Assembly: GCA_048884965.1 (NCBI GenBank)
Contig: JBHLQH010000005.1
Coordinates: 64,001 to 128,000 of the forward strand
Length of the DNA: 64,000 bases
Direction of reading: 5' to 3'
Origin: Candidatus Thorarchaeota archaeon
Lineage (GTDB): Archaea > Asgardarchaeota > Thorarchaeia > Thorarchaeales > Thorarchaeaceae
The number at the start of each line of letters is the position of its first letter. Position 1 is the first letter of the stretch. The position numbers were made by a program, and so were the translations under genes. Of the stretch, positions 56,437 through 64,000 are shown piece by piece. The notes under the pieces were generated by a model, which did not search any database, had not been told where the DNA came from, and saw only the letters and a program-made list of their open reading frames with translations.

Positions 56437-57771
56437 TTACCCAACAAACCGTGTTGCAATTTCATAATACGCTTTCATTGTCAGGTCAATTTGACCTATG
56501 GAAACCCTTTCATCATCTCCATGGAATAATGATTGGACTATCTGTAAATTGAGTAGATCATCTGATATGGCGAAACCATATGATTGAGTACTGAATGCAT
56601 CTCTAAACAATCTGGCATCTGTACCTCCTGTTGAGAGCAGAGGCACAAGAATTACATCCTGCCCCTTGATTTCTCTAGCGACTTCCGCCATCAGACTCAC
56701 AAGCGGACTATCCACATCGCTCGATGTTCCTGGGAACATATCGCCGCCATCATCTTTCGGGATGCGTTTTATCTCTGCTTCAGCTGCGAGATCACCAAGC
56801 GCTTCTCTGATTTGGCCATAGGCGTCTTCCTCACTTTGCCCTGGCAGTAGTCTGATATCTACGTCGATGTATGCCTCTCCCGCAACAACATTGACCTTTG
56901 ATCCGCCTTTGAAGATATTTGGCGAGATGGTCATCTGGGTTAAAGCATGCAAGAATCGTGCCATCCCCATGTTTTCCTTGCTGAGCGAACCAAGTACCTG
57001 AGGGAGAGTTCTAGTGTTACTAGCCAGTTTCTTGACGATGGGACTTAAGTCTAATTTCTCGAGTAGTGGTTTGATGAATTGCGTGCTTCTTGGTGGTTGG
57101 TATTCAGAAAGACGCTGTACTGCATTTGCAGCTTTTACTACTGCATTATTGCTCTTATACGGCGCACTTCCATGCTGTTCCTCACCTTTGAAAGTCACCC
57201 TTGTCCATGCCATTCCTTTCTCGCCATACCAGTAGGCAATCCTGTTCAAACCAATCGGTTCCCCTCCCTGTTCAGTTATTAGATAGTCAACACGAACCTT
57301 TTCAGGATGATTTTGAATCATCCACTTTGCTCCATATGTTCCAGCAGATTCCTCATCAGCAACAATGAGTAGTTTCAGGTTTCCTTTTGGTTTGAATCCT
57401 TCACCATAAAGTTTGGCAAAGACGACCGTCTGAGTCGCAACAAAATAGAGCATATCAAGTGATCCCCTTCCCCAAACGCACCCATCCTTCACTATACCTT
57501 CAAATGGTGGGACTGACCATTTTCTCTCATCCAATACTGGAACAACATCTACATGAGACGGTCCGAACATAAGACTAGGCTTTCCGCCTGTCCCTTTGAT
57601 TTCAGCAAGTAAATTTCCTCTCTCAGGAGCTGTTTCAAATATCTCATATGGAACTCCTTTGTCGTCGAGATACTTGCCAATCGTATGGATATTCCTCATT
57701 TCTCCCCCTGGGGGGTTGATGCACTTATTTCTGATCATCTCTTGCAGGAGATGGATTGCCTCATCAAGCAT
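56437..57771 (-). CDS. M20/M25/M40 family metallo-hydrolase
   Basis: SHVDVVP, WGRGSLDM, ADEE, EQGG, KVNVV, GGTDAR, HGDDER. Confidence 0.92.
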   Translation of the reverse strand: MLDEAIHLLQEMIRNKCINPPGGEMRNIHTIGKYLDDKGVPYEIFETAPERGNLLAEIKGTGGKPSLMFGPSHVDVVPVLDERKWSVPPFEGIVKDGCVWGRGSLDMLYFVATQTVVFAKLYGEGFKPKGNLKLLIVADEESAGTYGAKWMIQNHPEKVRVDYLITEQGGEPIGLNRIAYWYGEKGMAWTRVTFKGEEQHGSAPYKSNNAVVKAANAVQRLSEYQPPRSTQFIKPLLEKLDLSPIVKKLASNTRTLPQVLGSLSKENMGMARFLHALTQMTISPNIFKGGSKVNVVAGEAYIDVDIRLLPGQSEEDAYGQIREALGDLAAEAEIKRIPKDDGGDMFPGTSSDVDSPLVSLMAEVAREIKGQDVILVPLLSTGGTDARLFRDAFSTQSYGFAISDDLLNLQIVQSLFHGDDERVSIGQIDLTMKAYYEIATRFVG

Positions 57772-57868
57772 TCAGATCACTAATTATGGGGCGGACTTCA
57801 AACTAAAAAATACATTGACCCCAAGACATCTCGTACTCCTTAAGTATCGGTTTGGGACCTGTAGATGC

Positions 57869-59128
57869 ATGTTCGACGAGGTGGAGTCAAAATACTCAGT
57901 GTGGCGAGATTACTACTTTGGAATACAAGGCGTGTTCTACTTCGCTCAAGGCATTGCCATGGGCGCGCTTTTCTTCTTGACTGCCTTCTTAGATTATCTT
58001 ACTCTCTCTCCTTTTGAGAGGATTGCTGTGCAAGCGATAATCTGGCTACCTTGGTATCTGAAAATTATTTTTGGAGTTCTTTCTGACAACTTTCCAGTTA
58101 GGAAATATGGACGTAGAAAACCCTACATCTTCACTGCTGGCATTGTGGGTGTTATTGGCTGGCTAACATTACCTCTACATCTTGCATTTGGTCCCTTGCT
58201 TCTGGTTTCAGGAATCCTTGCATCACTTGGAACAAGTATGAGTGATGCCACGATAGATGCTTTGGCTGTTGATATCACTCCTCCCCAGAAAAGAGGAATG
58301 ATGCAAGGGGTGTCTTGGGGGTCAAGAGGGATTGGTGTTGGTATTTCTGGACTAATTGTGGGAGTACTTGCCGATGCCAATCAATGGTTCATCATCTATG
58401 CCGTTCCAGGAATCATAGTTAGTCTTGCGTGCTTCCTTGTTCTTCTGTTCAAGGAGAACCCCTTACCTACTGACTTCAAGAGGGTTCCAGTGGCCGTCTA
58501 CGAAGGTGTTCTGAAGACTCGCGAAGTCTTAGTCTGTATGCTGTTCCAAATCCTGTCAGGAGCAGGGATTGCTATTCTGGCTATCATGCAGACATATCTA
58601 GATGAGTCTGTAGGATTCGATAACTCAACGATTGGAGTCATCTTTGTGATCTTCTCACTAGGAATGTTCGGAGGGGCTGTCGTCTTTGGCCTTCTTGGCG
58701 ATAAGGTATCTGTTCGTATGACATTGCCCATCACATCAGCTTTCTATGCAATCTTAGTGGTTTCCGTCCTCTTGCTCAACTTAGGGGATTTTGCTGTGGC
58801 TTCTGCTTTCTTCCTTCTTGTTGGTATAGCAAATGGTGGTTATGAAGCCACTCAGATGCGAATCAGCATGGACAACTCACCAAGCATTGTTGCTGGATCA
58901 ATGTATAATCTATACAACAGCCTATCCAACTTGGGTCAGACTGCTCTTGGTGCGATATTGATTGCAGCTGTTGTCACAGCATTGGGTGACTTTAGATTGG
59001 GATGGCAATTAGCTGTTATCTTCCTAGTGGTTGCACTTTTGCCTGGCTATCAATTGGCAAAATGGCGAGAACAAAGAGAAGTATCTGGAGAACAGGCCCC
59101 TGTCATCATAGATGGCGAGTCGTTATAA
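57869..59128 (+). CDS. MFS transporter (AmpG/BT1-like)
   Basis: YFAQGI, LPWYLK, GRRKPY, SDATIDALAVD. The real start is MFDEVE; the ORF-track extension overlaps the M20 gene. Confidence 0.88.
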   Translation: MFDEVESKYSVWRDYYFGIQGVFYFAQGIAMGALFFLTAFLDYLTLSPFERIAVQAIIWLPWYLKIIFGVLSDNFPVRKYGRRKPYIFTAGIVGVIGWLTLPLHLAFGPLLLVSGILASLGTSMSDATIDALAVDITPPQKRGMMQGVSWGSRGIGVGISGLIVGVLADANQWFIIYAVPGIIVSLACFLVLLFKENPLPTDFKRVPVAVYEGVLKTREVLVCMLFQILSGAGIAILAIMQTYLDESVGFDNSTIGVIFVIFSLGMFGGAVVFGLLGDKVSVRMTLPITSAFYAILVVSVLLLNLGDFAVASAFFLLVGIANGGYEATQMRISMDNSPSIVAGSMYNLYNSLSNLGQTALGAILIAAVVTALGDFRLGWQLAVIFLVVALLPGYQLAKWREQREVSGEQAPVIIDGESL

Positions 59129-59371
59129 TTTCGGTGCAGTCCGGAGTCTGGTGGATTTCACCAGACTCTTTTCTGCTATTTCGCGGGAGTTTTGAGAACA
59201 TATGACTGCCAGGACTCCTGCTACCAAGAGTCCCATAGCAGCTGGTACGAGGAGAACAGAGAGGTAGAATGAGAATGCTAAAGCCGCCGATCCATAAATT
59301 ATCTTTCTGGAGGTTAACTGTCTACGGGGACCGGCGGTTTGTGGTGGCGCTTGTCGATTCATCACGACCAA
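59123..59371 (-). CDS. Small membrane protein
   Basis: One long hydrophobic hairpin, with its own TATA box upstream. Confidence 0.5.
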   Translation of the reverse strand: MVVMNRQAPPQTAGPRRQLTSRKIIYGSAALAFSFYLSVLLVPAAMGLLVAGVLAVICSQNSREIAEKSLVKSTRLRTAPKL

Positions 59372-59382
59372 CTCGAATGAAA

Positions 59383-59434
59383 GTCAAACGTTTGATGTTT
59401 GACAAACATTGTATGGCATCAAACGCATATAAAC
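59383..59434 (-). promoter_or_regulatory. TATA box with nested inverted repeats (putative repressor operator)
   Basis: TTTATATG on the minus strand near 59426-59433. GTCAAAC/GTTTGAC and CGTTTGATG/CATCAAACG inverted repeats lie immediately downstream of it. Confidence 0.5.
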
Positions 59435-59499
59435 ATTACTAAGAACGCTTTCTATTCGACCCTCTGAAAAAATAGATAATCCCAAAAGAAAAGATTGAA

Positions 59500-59970
59500 T
59501 CATTTGGTCAGTGTAAAGAACCTAGCTCTTTCATCCTCGTCCTCGATGACGTTCAGTATGCCTCTTTCAAGAAGTGCGTTGACTCGCTCTCGAACAATTC
59601 GTCGAGAGGCTGTTCCTCTTTCAGACCTAACCGCCGCTGTCAACTGGCTGATATTCAAAGGTCGATTTGCATCTAAGATCCTAATAATGAGCCAGGATAT
59701 TTGATCCTTCTTCAGGTCTCCATATCTAGATTCCAGACGCTCTGCTTTAGTGAATTTGGACATGAGCTTGACCATCCCGTCATAGAACTCAAATCCCTCT
59801 CGAATCACTTTGGCAGATTCGCTGACCTCTTCAAGACCTGGGCCAATTCTCTCGATGAGCGATTCCACTCGTGCTAATCTTTTGGAAATCTCATCTAGGC
59901 GACTCTGAACCTCTTCTATAGTGAGTTCGGATTTGGTTGGATCATCACTAGTATTCGAACTCGGATTCAA
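59500..59970 (-). CDS. Coiled-coil plus wHTH transcription regulator
   Basis: N-terminal heptads and LNISQLTAAVRSERGTASRRIVRERVNALLERGIL. Confidence 0.8.
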   Translation of the reverse strand: MNPSSNTSDDPTKSELTIEEVQSRLDEISKRLARVESLIERIGPGLEEVSESAKVIREGFEFYDGMVKLMSKFTKAERLESRYGDLKKDQISWLIIRILDANRPLNISQLTAAVRSERGTASRRIVRERVNALLERGILNVIEDEDERARFFTLTK

Positions 59971-60085
59971 TGTAAATTCGCCATCACTGAATAACTTCGA
60001 ACCATGATAAATGTGATTACGTCAGCCATGTGCTACGCCAAAGGATTTTATCGGGGTGTTGTATCCCTTTTGATGAGGTAGCAGT

Positions 60086-61492
60086 TTGAGCTCGAGTGAG
60101 TCAGATGAATCCCAAAAGGAAGTAGTCATCCCAATCAAGGATATCTTCCACTTCTCCCACTTTGGGCACTTCTACAAGCTCTATGTACCAATCGCTATTC
60201 TGATTGGAGCGATTGCAGGAGTAGCTATGATTGCCTTTCAGCTACTAATAATCGGATTCACCGAAATCTTTAGCGTCTTGCCTAATTTCGTTGCACCTCT
60301 TATAGGCGGCATCTTTTCAGGTATTCTAATCTACTTCGGAAGGAAGGAGATTCAGGGAAGTGGAATCTCAAAAGCAATTGAGATGACCCACAATCCTGGC
60401 AAGTTCAAGAGCAAGACTGCTGTTACAAAATTGGTTGCCACATCTGTTTCCATTGGGTCTGGAAATCCTGTCGGACGAGAGGGACCTGCAGTTCTTATCG
60501 GTGCATCAATTGGAAATTCAGTTGGGCGACGACTCGGATTTAGTGAGGCTTCTCATCTTCGAGTTTTCCTGATGATGGGGTCCGCAGCAGCGACTGCTGG
60601 TATCTACAAGGCTCCACTTGGTGGAGCTCTCTTCGCAACTGAAGCTCCGTATCGAAGAGATGCAGCCTTAGGATACTTTGTGCCAATCGTTATTTCTGCA
60701 ATAACTTCGTATGTGGTGTATGCAGTAGTAATGGGCATAGATCCAATCCTTCAATTCACTGCAAGCTTCGACTTGACACTAGGGGTTTTGCCCCTTCTCA
60801 TAGTCTTCGCTTTTGTAGCGGGATTGATCTCAACTTTCTTCTCCATCTTCTTAATCGCAACTCGTAATTTCTTCACACTAAAGCTTCCTGACTGGATGGA
60901 TCCTGTAGCTGGATCCGCCCTTGCATGTGGCGTGATTTTTCTTACAGGGCTAATATTGGACCCATCGCTCACAGTTGCTGGGATGGGCTATGAGGTCATA
61001 AACAACTTGGCAAACTCCTCAGTTCCCATTCTGATTCTCATTGTCCTTCTATTCGGTAAGCTCTTTGCATCATCATTTGTCGTTGCTGGTCGCGTATCTG
61101 GTGGTGTGCTTGCATCCTCTCTATTCGTTGGTGCGATGCTTGGAGCTGTATTTGGGGAGGTCTTCTATCCTTCACATATTGGCGCATTCATTGTGATGGG
61201 TATGGGCGCTGTTCTAGCGGCAAATACAAACACTCCAGTTGCAACTACTATTATGATGCTAGAGATGAGTCATTCCTTGGATTTGATCATCCCTCTTGTT
61301 CTTTGTGTATCTATTGCCTACCTAGTAAGTGGTGGAACCTCTCTCTATGAAGGTCAGAAAATAAGTCGAGATGATGAGGAAGAAGGTTTCTTCAAGCTCG
61401 CTGAATCTCTACCAACTTCTGATACAAAACTAGAGCTCATCAGTCATGATGAAAATCCCGCAAATTCATCTACCTCCGAGGAATTGGAATAG
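60086..61492 (+). CDS. ClC-family chloride channel/antiporter
   Basis: GSGIS, GREGP, APLGGALFATE, GGVLASSL, SLYEGQ. Confidence 0.92.
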   Translation: MSSSESDESQKEVVIPIKDIFHFSHFGHFYKLYVPIAILIGAIAGVAMIAFQLLIIGFTEIFSVLPNFVAPLIGGIFSGILIYFGRKEIQGSGISKAIEMTHNPGKFKSKTAVTKLVATSVSIGSGNPVGREGPAVLIGASIGNSVGRRLGFSEASHLRVFLMMGSAAATAGIYKAPLGGALFATEAPYRRDAALGYFVPIVISAITSYVVYAVVMGIDPILQFTASFDLTLGVLPLLIVFAFVAGLISTFFSIFLIATRNFFTLKLPDWMDPVAGSALACGVIFLTGLILDPSLTVAGMGYEVINNLANSSVPILILIVLLFGKLFASSFVVAGRVSGGVLASSLFVGAMLGAVFGEVFYPSHIGAFIVMGMGAVLAANTNTPVATTIMMLEMSHSLDLIIPLVLCVSIAYLVSGGTSLYEGQKISRDDEEEGFFKLAESLPTSDTKLELISHDENPANSSTSEELE

Positions 61493-61584
61493 CTGAATGA
61501 AACGCAGTTAAATTAATCAGTTATCGAATCATATGTGTACTCGATTAGCCCCAGAACCTAATCAGTCGCCGCGAGGTTTAGGAG

Positions 61585-64000
61585 ATGCAATTGAGAAAGA
61601 AGATGCTAAGCAGCCTAATTATTTTCATCCTTACCATACCATTGATTCCCTTCTTTGTTTCTGAATACAAAGAGGCAGAATCCCCCCTTACAAATGATGG
61701 CAATTCTATTGATTTCGTTTCACTAGAACAGGAATACGGATTAAGTATTCCGCTAGTCGTATGTTTCAATGACGATTTATCTGATGACATAATTAGAGCG
61801 AACTTACAGGCTATCGGAATTACATACAGCTTTGGTGATTTGGAAAGCAGCCAAATAGGACCCTATCATCTACTTCGAGGTTCAAAAGAATCCTATTCGA
61901 CTATGATTGAGGTTCTTGATATCTCCTACATCGCTCCACAGACTTCATGTAGATACACAGAATCAACTCGGGATACATCCATTCCTGAGATTAATGCGAC
62001 TCTAGTCTGGCAGACGGTTGACGAGCTTGATAGAAATGTCACAGGACGTGATATTCTCATCGCTGATTTGGACACTGGTATTGACTGGACACATCCTGAT
62101 TTCTGGTTCGCCAACGGTTCTGCATATAATTGGGGAGAATCTGTTTCTGATGGAACTCCAAGTAATGGAAGCGACTTCATAGATCTAAACGATAGTGGAA
62201 CCGGTAGCGCCAATGAAACATTGCGATTTATCGATTTAGCCGATGACGGATACTTCAATGTCTCAACCGATTGGATTTGGGCTGAAAACCTTACTCAAGA
62301 TGGAATTCCGAATATTGGTGAGCCTTTCTTTGTTGTAGAAGACACAAATGGAAATGACCTGCTTGACTTGGGTGAACAGCTCATCATGCTTAATATGCCA
62401 AAGACCCGATATATCGTTGAGGCTGATGGAACACCATCACGAAACGTCCGCTCTTGGGTCAGAGGTGTAAATCTTACAAGTAGTACTCATGAGGACACTG
62501 ATGGACATGGCACCTCAGTGAGTGGCATCCTTCTCGGTGGCCAAATAGGGTATAGAAAGTACGTCGGTGTTGCACCCGATGCTGAACTGATGATGGTGAA
62601 AGTCCTTGGAGCAAGTAATGAATGGCTTACCATCGAGGAGGGTTTAGCTTGGGCTTATAATCATGGAGCTGATGTAATTCTCATTGAGGTCGGATCCTGG
62701 ACCTACCAATATCTTGATGGTAGCTCTGCTACTGAATCTTTTATCGATACGATTGTTTCGAATGGCGTTCCTGTCATCGCTCCAAGTGGAAATCTTGGTG
62801 GAATGAATAAGCACGCATTGTTTGAGGTTCCTGCTGATAACCCTCATCAGGTTGATTTCCATGTCCCTTCTGATGACCCGCATATTGAGGATGTCTATAT
62901 CACTGTACTTTCCGTTAATACTACAGATTTTGACGCCTGTAATTTCAGTGTTATCATAAACTTTGCCGCATGGGGCGGACCTCTTGTTACGATATATTTG
63001 CATCCAGGTTCAGGATATCAAAACTTCAATCCAGAATCTCCGATTGTCTTTGGTCCAAACATACTGAATGTTGAGTCGTTCACCTCAATATCATCAAGAT
63101 CCACTAGTATGCTGGGTATCCACATCTCTGCTACGACAGCAGCTGGTATTCCTAATACAGATCCGCCGAATGGACCTCCCTATCATCAGGTCAATGTTAC
63201 AGCTCCGCAACAAACGACTTTCCACTGCTACATATCAGATGATCAGAGCTCATGGAGTGGTGGTGCGGTATGGATGACAGACATCTCTGATGGCTATGAA
63301 ATAACTTGGCCATCTACAGCGGACTCTGCAATTAGTGTCGCATCATATCGAGTAAGGAATCTAGTTGCAGCAGAAACAATTGGTGATATAGCCAGTTTCT
63401 CTTCGAGAGGTCCTCGAATCGATGAGGTGCTAAAACAAGGAGTCGCAGCTCCTGGTGGTTATGACATCATTACCGCGTATTCGAATGCGTCTGAATGGTT
63501 CTCATGGTACAACGCATTTGGAGTGCTTGATTTCACAGGACGATTTGCGTCATATCAGTTGTTTAGTGGGACAAGTGCATCAGGACCGCATGTTGCAGGA
63601 TGTGCTGCGTTAATGATGCAAGTAAATTCAACTTGTGGCTCAGTTGTTGGAGACGTTATCGAAGCCACTGCCCTATCTGATATCTACACATCAGCGACTC
63701 CCAATCCAATTTGGGGCTATGGAAAATTGGATGTCTACGGGGCCGTAGAAGCTGTGAATCCTGTTGTAGAGTCCAACGGTCCTGCGATTGGTGTTCCAGA
63801 CACCTCGCTACCTCTAACAGGCACTCCTGTTGAGATCAACGTTACTGTTTCAGACCCTAGTGGAGTGAGTTCGGTTATCTTGCAATACTATAATGGAACT
63901 TCTTGGAACAATATCTCCATGACTTTTGAGAACGGACACTATACCGCGATCATTCCGGGTCTTCCGGCAGGAACGGTTGTATCCTACAGGGTAATTGCAA
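61585..64000 (+). CDS. Secreted S8 (subtilisin-like) serine protease, 3'-truncated, absent from the ORF track
   Basis: ATG after AGGAG, then a signal peptide. In frame 1: catalytic D (IADLDTGIDWTHPD, ~62059), H (DGHGTSVSGI, ~62500), oxyanion N (APSGN, ~62790) and S (FSGTSASGPHVAG, ~63565). The frame runs off the window. Confidence 0.9.
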   Translation, partial: MQLRKKMLSSLIIFILTIPLIPFFVSEYKEAESPLTNDGNSIDFVSLEQEYGLSIPLVVCFNDDLSDDIIRANLQAIGITYSFGDLESSQIGPYHLLRGSKESYSTMIEVLDISYIAPQTSCRYTESTRDTSIPEINATLVWQTVDELDRNVTGRDILIADLDTGIDWTHPDFWFANGSAYNWGESVSDGTPSNGSDFIDLNDSGTGSANETLRFIDLADDGYFNVSTDWIWAENLTQDGIPNIGEPFFVVEDTNGNDLLDLGEQLIMLNMPKTRYIVEADGTPSRNVRSWVRGVNLTSSTHEDTDGHGTSVSGILLGGQIGYRKYVGVAPDAELMMVKVLGASNEWLTIEEGLAWAYNHGADVILIEVGSWTYQYLDGSSATESFIDTIVSNGVPVIAPSGNLGGMNKHALFEVPADNPHQVDFHVPSDDPHIEDVYITVLSVNTTDFDACNFSVIINFAAWGGPLVTIYLHPGSGYQNFNPESPIVFGPNILNVESFTSISSRSTSMLGIHISATTAAGIPNTDPPNGPPYHQVNVTAPQQTTFHCYISDDQSSWSGGAVWMTDISDGYEITWPSTADSAISVASYRVRNLVAAETIGDIASFSSRGPRIDEVLKQGVAAPGGYDIITAYSNASEWFSWYNAFGVLDFTGRFASYQLFSGTSASGPHVAGCAALMMQVNSTCGSVVGDVIEATALSDIYTSATPNPIWGYGKLDVYGAVEAVNPVVESNGPAIGVPDTSLPLTGTPVEINVTVSDPSGVSSVILQYYNGTSWNNISMTFENGHYTAIIPGLPAGTVVSYRVIA

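Noticed and set aside
57596-57868. Long N-terminal extension of the MFS transporter
   Set aside because: It overlaps the M20 gene on the opposite strand. MFS similarity begins at ATG 57869.

Overview
This window is archaeal chromosomal DNA, most likely from an Asgard archaeon (Thorarchaeia-like). That assignment is inferred from the gene set and from giant single-pass Ig-repeat surface proteins, not from a marker gene. It holds about 53 CDSs, and I saw no rRNA, tRNA, CRISPR array or mobile element. From left to right it encodes: the 3' part of a >3580-aa repeat surface protein; degenerate RadA-like and Cdc6-like ATPases; a GcvH/LbpA-like lipoyl carrier; a GlcD/GlcF-like oxidoreductase pair; two tandem M28-like pseudopeptidases with Ca-binding repeats; malic enzyme; three tandem BCP peroxiredoxins; three paralogous membrane proteins; a p52/Tfb2-like protein and a bacterial/eukaryote-type XPB; an RFC-S variant; a KaiC-like ATPase; TlpA-CcdA; tandem RIO kinases; transporters and peptidases; and a 3'-truncated S8 protease missing from the ORF track. 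The best candidate for an undescribed system lies at 46442-52888. An RRE(PqqD)-radical SAM-SPASM maturase is transcribed divergently from an operon encoding a single-pass membrane protein. The cytoplasmic C-terminus of that protein is an 11-Cys/9-His (CHSA)n repeat, and two peptidase genes follow. This suggests a RiPP-like modification system whose substrate is the tail of a membrane protein rather than a small peptide.
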